From the IMG/VR virus record IMGVR_UViG_3300009537_004349: a stretch of DNA of 64,000 nucleotides; one strand, written 5' to 3'. The notes beneath the pieces were generated by a model that worked only from the letters and a program-made list of their open reading frames with translations, was not told where the DNA came from and searched no databases. This stretch comes from a virus. Taxonomy: Duplodnaviria > Heunggongvirae > Uroviricota > Caudoviricetes. Below, piece by piece: positions 43,025 to 51,964 of the stretch (positions are counted from its first letter, which is position 1; the number at the start of each line of letters is the position of its first letter). The translations under genes and the position numbers were made by a program.

Positions 43025-43664
43025 TCAGGTAATCCTGTTGATAAATGGTCATTGTTTCAAGATGGAGTCCAGTAAGCTTCTTATGTCGAGAATCATCCAG
43101 GCAAATAGCATACATGCCCTCGTCATCTCTCCATTCACGTAGCCCAAACTGAGAATTATGCCCACATACTTGCAGCTTCCACTTTTCTCTACGCACCGGC
43201 TCTCTGCGATTCCAAAGGATGGTAGTCTCTCCCTTCTCCCACACACCGCTACCAAGTTCGCAATTCTCTTTTAGAACTACTTCATCTTCTATAGCAGCGG
43301 GACGAAGGAAAGCATGACTAATTAAAGTGTCATCGATTTCTATGAACAAGGGTAAACCCTGTAACCACTCAACCACATCCTCTGGCACTTCGTAGTCATA
43401 CGAGCGCAGAGTATGTCCGCCTCCATTATAGAGCCAGATGTCAGATGAATAAAACCCTCCCTTAGTTAGGTTGTCAATCATCATGTGTTCGTGGTTGCCC
43501 ATAATAGCGCGACCGTTCTTCATAAACCAGTCTACTACCTTGGCTGAGTCGGGGCCTCTGTCAACCATATCACCTACAGATATAACCTCACCTTCAGGCA
43601 TCTTATCCAAGAGTGCCATTAGTGTATTATATTCTCCAGCTATATCGCCAATGATATTGGTCAT
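43017..43664 (-). CDS. PPP-family metallophosphoesterase (lambda Ser/Thr phosphatase / ApaH-like)
   Basis: IGDIAGEY, GDMVDRGPDS and GNHE motifs in canonical order. Confidence 0.7.
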   Translation of the reverse strand: MTNIIGDIAGEYNTLMALLDKMPEGEVISVGDMVDRGPDSAKVVDWFMKNGRAIMGNHEHMMIDNLTKGGFYSSDIWLYNGGGHTLRSYDYEVPEDVVEWLQGLPLFIEIDDTLISHAFLRPAAIEDEVVLKENCELGSGVWEKGETTILWNRREPVRREKWKLQVCGHNSQFGLREWRDDEGMYAICLDDSRHKKLTGLHLETMTIYQQDYLNE

Positions 43665-43673
43665 TTAATCACC

Positions 43674-44006
43674 TCATTCAAACTTTTTCTTAAGCCGTTC
43701 GTATTCGGCTCGTTCTTCAGCTTCCTTTTTAGCCTTTTTGTCTTGTTCCTGCTGTTCTCTTATATCACGAGTAAGGTCCTCAATGTCAAGTTTTGTTACG
43801 CCTGCTGCCTCAATAACTGTGACAGATTCGATACGTTCCTCGGCATAAGTAGGCGACTCCTCAACCTCCTCTTTGACTTGTGCCCAAACTTCTTCGGCAG
43901 ATTCGGCATTGATAACTTCTACTCGGAGATTGCAACCAATGGTATAGTCACAACCGTAGCCACGACCCTCATAGTATACATAAAAAGTCTTCATAGCGGT
44001 TTCCAA
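43674..44006 (-). CDS. hypothetical acidic protein
   Basis: 110-aa ORF. Confidence 0.5.
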   Translation of the reverse strand: METAMKTFYVYYEGRGYGCDYTIGCNLRVEVINAESAEEVWAQVKEEVEESPTYAEERIESVTVIEAAGVTKLDIEDLTRDIREQQEQDKKAKKEAEERAEYERLKKKFE

Positions 44007-44362
44007 CTGTGTCCAAAATCACTGGTGCTGATGTATCTTCCCGGCTCAACTTTGCGGGTAGTACAAATGATAGCAAGAACAATATGTAATTCCTCATGAA
44101 GGGACATTGCCTTTTCATATTGTTCCTCAGAGTAGTGTTCTTCTCCCTCGTGGTCCTTGAATGGCTTCTCTCCAATGGCTCGACATATATCTCTGAGGAT
44201 ATCACTATTCCCATATGGGCGCTTGAGATTCATCCCAGCTGCTCCATCATACATACTGTCATCGTGCTCCCAGCATGCTTCTTCTAGCAGCTTGAGATGC
44301 TCTTCCTTTACATCGAATACGGTATTTTTATTGTAATGCAACAAGGGTCTTACTCTTCCCAT
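43991..44362 (-). CDS. hypothetical protein
   Basis: 123-aa ORF. Confidence 0.5.
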   Translation of the reverse strand: MGRVRPLLHYNKNTVFDVKEEHLKLLEEACWEHDDSMYDGAAGMNLKRPYGNSDILRDICRAIGEKPFKDHEGEEHYSEEQYEKAMSLHEELHIVLAIICTTRKVEPGRYISTSDFGHSWKPL

Positions 44363-44934
44363 AATGGTTCTCCTGGCAGTCTTTTAGCCGCTCTTTCAAT
44401 AGCCTGAGCAACTGTGCCCAGGTTGTCGTTAGATACTCTCACAACCTGCCCCGGATAACGCTCATCGAACCCTTCATTGTACGGGTAAGCAGGCATAAGA
44501 ACAAGGCCGCGAGGACGAAACTTTAACCAAGCCTCACAATATTCTGGCCAATCATCAAATAGAATCTTGCCATATACAATGCCCTTATTCTCGGTGATAG
44601 TAACAGGGGTACCGGGTAAGTGCTCCCTACACCATTCGACCTTCTCAGTCCATGCACCTGTAGTTTTGTAGGGGCCTTTGGTGAGAACATGGATATTGAA
44701 TCCAGCAGACTGTAGTAACTTAACCACAGTCATACCAAGCTCGATAGTCTCAAGATTCCGCCAGAAACCATCCTGGCGCTTAATCATATCAACTAGAGCA
44801 TCATATTTATCATCGTGCATACTTACAGATTCGCCCAGCAATCGCTTAAGCTCAGCCTCTACAGCCTTTCTGTAGTCACACAAAGTGCCATCCATATCTA
44901 CCAGTGCAATCATTGCTATTCCTCTACAGGGCAA
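44350..44934 (-). CDS. HAD-superfamily hydrolase, 5'(3')-deoxyribonucleotidase-like
   Basis: IALVDMDGTLCDY (DxDGT) and C-terminal ILFDDW. Confidence 0.55.
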   Translation of the reverse strand: MPCRGIAMIALVDMDGTLCDYRKAVEAELKRLLGESVSMHDDKYDALVDMIKRQDGFWRNLETIELGMTVVKLLQSAGFNIHVLTKGPYKTTGAWTEKVEWCREHLPGTPVTITENKGIVYGKILFDDWPEYCEAWLKFRPRGLVLMPAYPYNEGFDERYPGQVVRVSNDNLGTVAQAIERAAKRLPGEPLWEE

Positions 44935-45206
44935 TTCTCCTTAAGACAAAACTTAAGGTGATAGTCTACCGGCCTTCCTGCCTCATCGTGTTGCCAGGTA
45001 AACTTAATTGACTTAACCTGTTCTGGAATCCTGCAATCGAAGCCTTCTTCTTCAATCTTATCACAAGCTTCGCCTTCGATAGCAATTTCCAACAAACCTT
45101 TAAGTACATTATCGAGCCTGCCATCGATATCTAACACATCAGGAGCGAATTCTTTTCCGCATCCAGAGATAGCAAAGACAGTAAGTAGTGCGCAAACGTA
45201 TTTCAT
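44916..45206 (-). CDS. hypothetical lipoprotein
   Basis: MKYVCALLTVFAISGCGKE lipobox. Confidence 0.5.
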   Translation of the reverse strand: MKYVCALLTVFAISGCGKEFAPDVLDIDGRLDNVLKGLLEIAIEGEACDKIEEEGFDCRIPEQVKSIKFTWQHDEAGRPVDYHLKFCLKENCPVEE

Positions 45207-45231
45207 TTTATTTTTATTGGGCGGTTAGCCG

Positions 45232-45308
45232 CGCCCCGGGTGGGATTCGAACCCACGACATGCAGGGTTTTAGAGACCCCAGCTCTAACCAGACTGAGCT
45301 ACCGGGGC
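45232..45308 (-). tRNA. amber-suppressor-type tRNA (anticodon CUA), isotype unknown; no encoded CCA
   Basis: Reverse complement GCCCCGG-TA-GCTC-AGTCTGGTTA-GAGC-T-GGGGT-CTCTAAA-ACCCT-GCATGTC-GTGGG-TTCGAAT-CCCAC-CCGGGGC-G. Anticodon loop is 7 nt with U33, C34-U35-A36 and A37. Discriminator is followed by CGG rather than CCA. Flanks extend the acceptor complementarity to 9-10 bp. Confidence 0.6.
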
Positions 45309-45323
45309 GCGAGCCTACCTTGC

Positions 45324-45659
45324 TTACTGAGCGTCCGAAGTCTCTTCAGACTCGGAATCTTCAGTAGGGGCAGGGCGACCAGAAAGACTACCCTCAATCT
45401 CGTTGAAGAGAGAGTGAATCTGCTTGTCAAACTTCTGACGCTCACCATTGAACTTCTTCTCTAAAGCAACCACTTGCTCTCTCAGCTCCATGAGCTTGCG
45501 GAGCTTGCCACGTGCAGCTTCCTTTGCCTTTTCGAGTCGGTCCTTTTGAGCCTCATCCAGAAGTTCCTTAAACAGATCTTGGGTAAGATTCTGTCGGCGT
45601 GCAGGATCAAATCCCAACACCTTTTGAAATCTCTCAGGACTTGCATCAACCTTAGACAT
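45324..45659 (-). CDS. hypothetical coiled-coil protein
   Basis: 111-aa ORF. Confidence 0.5.
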   Translation of the reverse strand: MSKVDASPERFQKVLGFDPARRQNLTQDLFKELLDEAQKDRLEKAKEAARGKLRKLMELREQVVALEKKFNGERQKFDKQIHSLFNEIEGSLSGRPAPTEDSESEETSDAQ

Positions 45660-46158
45660 TTACTTCCTCCATGTACATTTCTTTGCTGACTTCCATCAGC
45701 TGTTTGTTAAGGGCCTCAGAGAGACCAGCAGCATCTGACATCTTGCTAGTTAATATGCTCATAGCTGCAATAGATAGTTGCATGTCCTCGTATGGGTCAC
45801 TGGGAAGTGAGTCATGAAGGACTTGCTCCATTACATAGTTTACCACAGCCTTAATACTATCAGGCATATTACGAGCCGTGGTTTTCATATTGGTGAGAAA
45901 TAGTTTCTTTATATAAGAATCATCCCTCATTGTATACCACATATTGGTACGCAATCTGGTATAAATCTCACCAAAGATATCTGCCTCTGTTTTGCCATCT
46001 AGGCTTGTAGCCTCAATGGCCTTGCGTAAATTCTGGCAGAAATCGTGAACATCCTGATTAGTGACTGCGGTTTTATCGCAATTCCTCAGGCGTCGAACAT
46101 GATAGAAGTTTCTACTCATCCCACTTGCCAGTCTCAATGAAACGAGGAACCTTTGCAA
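45652..46158 (-). CDS. hypothetical protein
   Basis: 168-aa ORF. Confidence 0.5.
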   Translation of the reverse strand: MQRFLVSLRLASGMSRNFYHVRRLRNCDKTAVTNQDVHDFCQNLRKAIEATSLDGKTEADIFGEIYTRLRTNMWYTMRDDSYIKKLFLTNMKTTARNMPDSIKAVVNYVMEQVLHDSLPSDPYEDMQLSIAAMSILTSKMSDAAGLSEALNKQLMEVSKEMYMEEVNV

Positions 46159-46579
46159 GCTCTTTGCTCACACCCTCTCCTTCGCGATTGATACTCTCGA
46201 TGTCTGTAACACATCCGCGCATGGTAGTAACCATGGACTCAATATCGAACATAGCCTTATCGGCATCTGAGAAATGTTCGTTGGTCACCTTATCCAAAAT
46301 CTTATTCAACATTGCTGTCTCCTCGTCTAAACTAACTCCGAAAGAAAACAAGCTTCCTTTCTTAAAAACTCTAGCTAAAGCAGAGTGAGTATAGTGTCTA
46401 TAGTTTCTTGACTTATACCCCAGATTGCCATACTTATTAATATAAGTGTATCGCATTCTAGAATACAAAGAGTTCTTGAAGCCCTCTTTGCTACGGAACC
46501 ATCCATCCTTATGGATTCTTTCCGCCTCGGTGCATGCTTCTTTATAAAGCTCACCTACTTCCTCTTGAGTCAAACTCAT
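46112..46579 (-). CDS. hypothetical protein
   Basis: 155-aa ORF. Confidence 0.5.
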   Translation of the reverse strand: MSLTQEEVGELYKEACTEAERIHKDGWFRSKEGFKNSLYSRMRYTYINKYGNLGYKSRNYRHYTHSALARVFKKGSLFSFGVSLDEETAMLNKILDKVTNEHFSDADKAMFDIESMVTTMRGCVTDIESINREGEGVSKELAKVPRFIETGKWDE

Positions 46580-46836
46580 GGTTTATTTCCTTTGCTTATC
46601 TGAAACCAGTGCTGCTCCATTTTCTTTAGAAACTCTTTGTCAAATGAAACCAGCTTATCTGGCAACACAGAATCTATACCACACTTAGGGCACAGAGCGG
46701 TTTGACCACCATCGCACCACTCATATATCTCAGTGGGGCTATAGATACGGCAGCAACAGAAGCAGCCACAGGTTTCACTCTCCATGACTGCTTCTAAATG
46801 ATAGCTGCTGTGTTCGTGTGCTTCAATGATATCCAT
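46576..46836 (-). CDS. hypothetical Cys-rich zinc-ribbon-like protein
   Basis: 86 aa; CGCFCCC...CDGG...CPKC. Confidence 0.45.
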   Translation of the reverse strand: MDIIEAHEHSSYHLEAVMESETCGCFCCCRIYSPTEIYEWCDGGQTALCPKCGIDSVLPDKLVSFDKEFLKKMEQHWFQISKGNKP

Positions 46837-47942
46837 TAGATGATGTCCACGTGATTGATGTCCAACCAGTCTTCCAGCGCCTTGATATTCATCTCGGCTA
46901 GATACTGCCGTACACTCTGCACCTTTCCATGCTTGAGGGAAAACAACGCCCCGGAGTACTTGGAGTCCTTGACTTTCATAGCGAACTGCTTCTTGTCATC
47001 GATATCCTTAACCATCTCATACATACCCTCGATGATACCGCGAGTATAGTCAAACTTTCCTCGCACTTCGGCATACAAAGATGCATACTCGGGATAATCC
47101 TCTAGATAAGAAGAAAACTCTTCGTTCTCATTATCCAGCATGACCTTGAGAATCTCTCTCGCAGGCACAGTGGACATCTTATCCTTGAAGCGAGATAGCG
47201 CTACATACTGCGGGGTCTTAACCTTCACACGATTATAGTTCCCATCGGCGACTACAAACCCTTCGCTCTCTAGAGGGTCCAGCTTCTTAGACGCCTCCAT
47301 AATGTCTTCCCAAGTCTCCAGCGAATGAATCTCCACGCACTCCCAGCCATTATGGTGGGCCACTACGATGGGGTTTACTTCGCTAAAGTCGGACAAATTA
47401 CGAGCGCCGTGTAGAACGATACGATTACGTGCATGCTTAACAACTACCCTGTTATAGGGAGTCATCAACTCAAACATATAGCACATGTTCTTGTTATCTG
47501 GCAAGTCATACTCTAGTTGCTCCCAAACCTTCCAAAACAGGTCGGCGAAAGACAATTCGGAGTTTAGAACATTACCAGCAGCATCAGGCATACCCGAGCT
47601 GGACACATGCCACTTGTTGTCGTAATGGTACAGCGTCATGAGAGAGCCATCTAGTTTCTCATAGACACGAGCGGAGCCCCAGTCTAAGTCCGCTGCGTTA
47701 GATTCTCCATAGTTGAAGAACTTATCGTAGGGATAAGATACAACGGCCCAATCATTTGCCTCATCTAAGATGATTCCTCGTGCCTGCTGTACGATTGGAG
47801 AGTTCATGGGCGAATCAATCTGATTGTACTTAAACAACACCAGATTATCATACACACCGTGGCGCTTTGCTGTTACGGCAAAGCGATTTTCCAACTCCTT
47901 GACTCCATGGTCACGGATGAAGTTCCTTAGTTGCTGGGCCAT
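46836..47942 (-). CDS. rnlA: RNA ligase, T4 Rnl1 family
   Basis: ARGIILDE...YPYDKFFNYGE and nucleotidyltransferase motif I VYEKLDGSLM (KxDG) aligned to T4 Rnl1 RGIMFEMDG...PMEKFFNLNE / TKEDGSLV. Confidence 0.7.
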   Translation of the reverse strand: MAQQLRNFIRDHGVKELENRFAVTAKRHGVYDNLVLFKYNQIDSPMNSPIVQQARGIILDEANDWAVVSYPYDKFFNYGESNAADLDWGSARVYEKLDGSLMTLYHYDNKWHVSSSGMPDAAGNVLNSELSFADLFWKVWEQLEYDLPDNKNMCYMFELMTPYNRVVVKHARNRIVLHGARNLSDFSEVNPIVVAHHNGWECVEIHSLETWEDIMEASKKLDPLESEGFVVADGNYNRVKVKTPQYVALSRFKDKMSTVPAREILKVMLDNENEEFSSYLEDYPEYASLYAEVRGKFDYTRGIIEGMYEMVKDIDDKKQFAMKVKDSKYSGALFSLKHGKVQSVRQYLAEMNIKALEDWLDINHVDII

Positions 47943-48189
47943 CTAGATTATCCTCTGGGTAAAACTTTTTGTAAGCGTTGTGTGCCTCTTCAGCACTGTC
48001 GAATCTTGTGCGCTCCAGGAACTCATCGGTTCTACTGGATGGCATGGGCTCGTATTCAAACTTTCCAGTGTTCTTATCCATCACTGTACCGATTTCTTCC
48101 ACGACCCACTTAATCGTTTTGTCTTTCTGACGACGAGCGGAAATGAATGTAACCCATTCATACTCTATTGCATACTTAATAGGAATCAT
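47911..48189 (-). CDS. hypothetical protein
   Basis: 92-aa ORF. Confidence 0.45.
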   Translation of the reverse strand: MIPIKYAIEYEWVTFISARRQKDKTIKWVVEEIGTVMDKNTGKFEYEPMPSSRTDEFLERTRFDSAEEAHNAYKKFYPEDNLDGPATKELHP

Positions 48190-48620
48190 CTGTCTTTACC
48201 CCATAGCTGAATGTCATCATAGTTCCAAACATCGTATATAGTAACTGGTTTATGTATCTCGCACACACTTAGCATCTCTAAGTTACGCTCTGTGCTGGCT
48301 ATTGTGTAGCAACTCTTAAAGCGCTTCATATCAGTAACTATACTAAGACCCTCATTGTTAATCCATAGGTGCCACGGGTCTACTTGCAATATTAGCTCTG
48401 CATCTAAGCCTGGATATTGTGGAGGCTCATACACATCAAATGTAAACTGCCCATAGAATCTCTTGGAAATAGTGCATGGAATCTCACAGCCTATCACAAA
48501 ATGTAGAACGAGATTCCACTCATCCCACGTCATATGTCGTGCGTGTTCCATTGTATCATTATAGGATTTTCGCCAGATGCTATTATTGAGTTGACTTAGG
48601 AACCTAATACCGTCGTTCAT
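48186..48620 (-). CDS. hypothetical protein (start at Met25 after the tRNA)
   Basis: ATG at 48618-48620. Confidence 0.45.
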   Translation of the reverse strand: MNDGIRFLSQLNNSIWRKSYNDTMEHARHMTWDEWNLVLHFVIGCEIPCTISKRFYGQFTFDVYEPPQYPGLDAELILQVDPWHLWINNEGLSIVTDMKRFKSCYTIASTERNLEMLSVCEIHKPVTIYDVWNYDDIQLWGKDR

Positions 48621-48631
48621 TTCTTTTCCGT

Positions 48632-48707
48632 TGGTCCCGAGTGCTGGGTTCGAACCAGCGACCTTTCGAATATGAGTCGAATGCTCTACCAACTGAGCTA
48701 ACTCGGG
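48632..48707 (-). tRNA. tRNA with anticodon CAU (Met or lysidine-modified Ile2), C1-G72 acceptor
   Basis: CCCGAGT acceptor, TAGCTCAGTTGG D-arm, anticodon arm TTCGA-CTCATAT-TCGAA, GGTTCGAACCC, CCA. Confidence 0.65.
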
Positions 48708-49607
48708 TTAGTAATCGTTCAACATATAGTTGTACAAATCCTCTGGGTTGTCGAATGTTCCGATGATAGTATCCTTTACCATATCTGCAAACTCAAGATG
48801 ATGCTTGATGCTAAAATCTTGAGAGCCGCAACCAGAACTTGCCTTAAAGGCTCGACGGAGATACATCATTGCAGCCTCTAATGCCTGCAACTCTGTACGC
48901 AACGTACTGTATTCTTCAACTAGCTTCTTTCGTTTCTTCTTGGGAGCGTCTAGCCAGACAGCCTTAAGAACTTCCCGTAGATTAACTCCGCTGAACCTAA
49001 GAGCATCTCTATTAGTCCCCATCATAGCGATAGACTCGGTAAGGCGATGCAGGCTTTCTGATTCTAAAAGCACCTTCTCTACTTCTGTTAGTTTGCTCTT
49101 CTTCTTTTTTTCAGATAGTGCTTTAAGCTTCTCACCAGTCTCGAAGTGAGCATGTAGGTCCATTGTATTTTCTTCTCTGAGCATAGGAGAATATTTAGCA
49201 ATAAGCTTGTCATACAAACCACCGTGCATCATAAGCATACTAATAGGATAGTCCTTTACGCCTCGACCTATATCGGTCATATCACGTTGAATAGATAGCC
49301 CGTAGTCATCCCTCATGTGATCCATAATTCTACTTATAATCTCATCAAGAGGTGAGTCGAACATCTTTTCAATCATAAGCACAGCTACATCACTAACACT
49401 CCAATCCTCAATGGAGCCGTAGTCATTATAGCGGGCTTTGATTGGTAGACTGATTGGTTCTTCTTCATCGCCCGGATAGCAGAAACTTGCTCTGGCTCTA
49501 TGCTTCGTTGGCTCCCAACCACCCTGTGCAGTAATAAAAGCTACAACGGGGTCTCCGTGTCGGATGGGCAGATTACTCATAAAACATGTTTCGTTCCAGC
49601 ATCCCAT
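48708..49607 (-). CDS. hypothetical protein
   Basis: 299-aa ORF; N-terminal MGCW; Lys-rich central segment. Confidence 0.5.
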   Translation of the reverse strand: MGCWNETCFMSNLPIRHGDPVVAFITAQGGWEPTKHRARASFCYPGDEEEPISLPIKARYNDYGSIEDWSVSDVAVLMIEKMFDSPLDEIISRIMDHMRDDYGLSIQRDMTDIGRGVKDYPISMLMMHGGLYDKLIAKYSPMLREENTMDLHAHFETGEKLKALSEKKKKSKLTEVEKVLLESESLHRLTESIAMMGTNRDALRFSGVNLREVLKAVWLDAPKKKRKKLVEEYSTLRTELQALEAAMMYLRRAFKASSGCGSQDFSIKHHLEFADMVKDTIIGTFDNPEDLYNYMLNDY

Positions 49608-50200
49608 TATTCTTCCCTCGGTGTCATGTCTTCAGGCAGGAACCAATGTTTGGTTCCCTTATTGATATTGTACGAAACATATTCATCTTCTTCTTCGTCG
49701 TATTCGTACCATGGATTCTCGTTCACACTGATAGCATGCAGGCACACAGCATATACATTCATATCATCAATGTATGCTCTAATATCTCTGGCCCATGATT
49801 GAAGGTGGCATACGACTTGAGGGTTCTTGTAATCATTGTAAAATGACTCTAAACTATCCGCAAGTTTTTCAAAGTACTTACGACTAACCATAGCATTGTC
49901 ATAGGAAAAGTATAAGGTAAACAATTCCCACTCTTTAAGAGACCTCCTGAATGCCTCATCGTCTCTTACCTTGTCCCACAATTTGCCCCATGCTTCAGAG
50001 CCATGATAGCCGTAATCGTCCTTGATATCGTATCTCTTGCACATAGCATTCCAAATGAATGCTACACCACCGTGGGCATTACGATACTCTTTATCTTCAT
50101 GAACATCGCCTGCAATATCTACGGTGCATAATGCACAATAACTCATGTCGTTCCTTTCGACTGGTAGGCCCGGGTGGATTTGAACCACCGACCTTCCCAT
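49607..50200 (-). CDS. hypothetical protein
   Basis: 197-aa ORF. Confidence 0.5.
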   Translation of the reverse strand: MGRSVVQIHPGLPVERNDMSYCALCTVDIAGDVHEDKEYRNAHGGVAFIWNAMCKRYDIKDDYGYHGSEAWGKLWDKVRDDEAFRRSLKEWELFTLYFSYDNAMVSRKYFEKLADSLESFYNDYKNPQVVCHLQSWARDIRAYIDDMNVYAVCLHAISVNENPWYEYDEEEDEYVSYNINKGTKHWFLPEDMTPREE

Positions 50201-50237
50201 TATCAGTGGGATGCTCTGCCAGCTGAGCTACGGGCCT
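50162..50237 (-). tRNA. tRNA-Ile (anticodon GAU)
   Basis: AGGCCCG acceptor, TAGCTCAGCTGG D-arm, anticodon arm TCCCA-CTGATAA-TGGGA, GGTTCAAATCC, CCA. Confidence 0.7.
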
Positions 50238-50787
50238 ATTTTCTGACGGGCATCCAGTAGTCCTCTTCGCTGCCTAGTGTGCTAATCCTAACAACACCAT
50301 AACTCTCTTGAAGTTTTCCAATGGCATGCACAACTGATGAAGTTTTAAGCAGGTCTCCTCTACTGTGCCTAAGCTCACTGCCGTATGCCGTGACTTCCAG
50401 GCCCATCTTAGCTCTATTTTGAATGCGTACCTTGTAACTAGCTGTAACACAATCATAGTGTATAACTTGCACAGTGATACCATTCGGAAGCTGATATGTT
50501 TCGTGTCCTAACAGGTCGATATCACTAGAGCGCTCGATTACAGGATTGGCTCGTAACTCTAGCTTGCTGAAAAACTCTTGTCCAGCAATCCATATTGGTT
50601 CTGTCCAAAGCTTTTGCCACCAAGTGAGCTTTGTAGCATCTAATATTCTACCTATAAGGCATATCTCACAGTACTTGTATCCAGGAACAGGCCAACTATG
50701 GTAATCTACACCCAGCTCGCTGCAATCCAGACAGACTTTGGGCGTCCCCTTGAGATATTTTTTCTCTGTTATCAGAGGAATCTCCAT
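50236..50787 (-). CDS. hypothetical protein
   Basis: 183-aa ORF. Confidence 0.5.
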   Translation of the reverse strand: MEIPLITEKKYLKGTPKVCLDCSELGVDYHSWPVPGYKYCEICLIGRILDATKLTWWQKLWTEPIWIAGQEFFSKLELRANPVIERSSDIDLLGHETYQLPNGITVQVIHYDCVTASYKVRIQNRAKMGLEVTAYGSELRHSRGDLLKTSSVVHAIGKLQESYGVVRISTLGSEEDYWMPVRK

Positions 50788-50790
50788 ACC

Positions 50791-50973
50791 CTATTCCTTT
50801 TTTACATTCACCGTACTTTTGAACAATCCTCCTAGTATCAATGCTGCTAGCCACGTCGAAAATGTATACGGAATAGCAAGCACAGGGAAAAGTGTATTGA
50901 GGGACCAGATAGTGAGCAACGGACCCAGGGTGAGTAGAGCAATGACAAATAGAATAAGCAATAAAGCTGGCAT
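50791..50973 (-). CDS. hypothetical small membrane protein
   Basis: 60 aa, two hydrophobic helices. Confidence 0.4.
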   Translation of the reverse strand: MPALLLILFVIALLTLGPLLTIWSLNTLFPVLAIPYTFSTWLAALILGGLFKSTVNVKKE

Positions 50974-50994
50974 ATTTTGTTCCTTTCTTTCCGT

Positions 50995-51070
50995 TGGTGC
51001 GCCGGGTAGGATTCGAACCTACAACTTCACGCTAATCAGGCGTGCGCTCTCCCAGTTGAACTACCAGCGC
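50995..51070 (-). tRNA. tRNA with anticodon loop CTGATTA (reads as GAU/Ile but with U37); isotype uncertain
   Basis: GCGCTGG acceptor, anticodon arm CACGC-CTGATTA-GCGTG, GGTTCGAATCC, CCA. Confidence 0.55.
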
Positions 51071-51073
51071 TTA

Positions 51074-51150
51074 TGGAGGCTAGGGTAGGATTCGAACCTA
51101 CGAACATTCGGGTTGCAACCGAAGCCCTTAAGCCACTTGGGTACCTAGCC
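51074..51150 (-). tRNA. tRNA-Cys (anticodon GCA)
   Basis: GGCTAGG acceptor, anticodon arm TTCGG-TTGCAAC-CCGAA, GGTTCGAATCC, CCA. Confidence 0.65.
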
Positions 51151-51765
51151 CTTAGGTGCGACCTTTCTAAATTCGCTCATGATATTGTTGAAGACAGGTT
51201 TGTACTTCTTTTGGAAGTAAGACCAGTCATCTATACCACAGCCCTTGATTTGATTCCAGTAGTGATTAGCAGCAGCATAGTCGGTAATTTTACCATGCTC
51301 TGCTAGCTGTTTGCCAAACATGGGAATACGAAGCGCATGAAACAAACTCTTCTTACCCACATAGATGTCATTCTCTACTGTAAACTTCTTCTTAGCCTTC
51401 ACAAAGCTATTGGAAGCTTTCGCAGATACCGCTCTACGCAATACCTGATTATCTATTACAACTTCAAAGCTAAGCTTGTCTTTTAATACCATTTCTTTTG
51501 GGAGATACAAGCACTCAAGAGCACTAATCTCATGCTCCTGTAATCTCTTGTACCATTCTGTCAGACTAAATACCGTGACATTTACTTTCTCGTGCTTGAA
51601 TTGTACAAATGGTTCCTCGATGCTAGACACCATAAGGTAGTCGTAGTCAGAGGACTCATCGTATGTCCCGTATACCCTGGAACCATACAGATATAGATTC
51701 GTTGCCTTGTACACATTGAATGGGTTATGGGTCAGAATCGTGTTGATTACTTCTTTATGTTCCAT
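51145..51765 (-). CDS. Pol-beta-superfamily nucleotidyltransferase-like protein
   Basis: LYLYGSRVYGTYDESSDYDYLMV matches the GS...DxD minimal nucleotidyltransferase motif. Confidence 0.5.
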   Translation of the reverse strand: MEHKEVINTILTHNPFNVYKATNLYLYGSRVYGTYDESSDYDYLMVSSIEEPFVQFKHEKVNVTVFSLTEWYKRLQEHEISALECLYLPKEMVLKDKLSFEVVIDNQVLRRAVSAKASNSFVKAKKKFTVENDIYVGKKSLFHALRIPMFGKQLAEHGKITDYAAANHYWNQIKGCGIDDWSYFQKKYKPVFNNIMSEFRKVAPKG

Positions 51766-51964
51766 AAAGTTTCTCGATTAGTTTGGCGAGCCTTAGAGCC
51801 TCTCGCTTTTCTAGATAGACATAGGCACGAGTGGAATCAAAAGTCTCAAGCTCTATAGTAATGCCTTCTGAGTAAGGCTCTCCTCGATTGTCATAAGACA
51901 CGGAGCAGTGGTCTCCATCTTCACTGTAGAAGTCTTCTCTCTGCTTGTACTTATCTACTTTCAT
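51755..51964 (-). CDS. hypothetical protein
   Basis: 69-aa ORF. Confidence 0.45.
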   Translation of the reverse strand: MKVDKYKQREDFYSEDGDHCSVSYDNRGEPYSEGITIELETFDSTRAYVYLEKREALRLAKLIEKLYGT

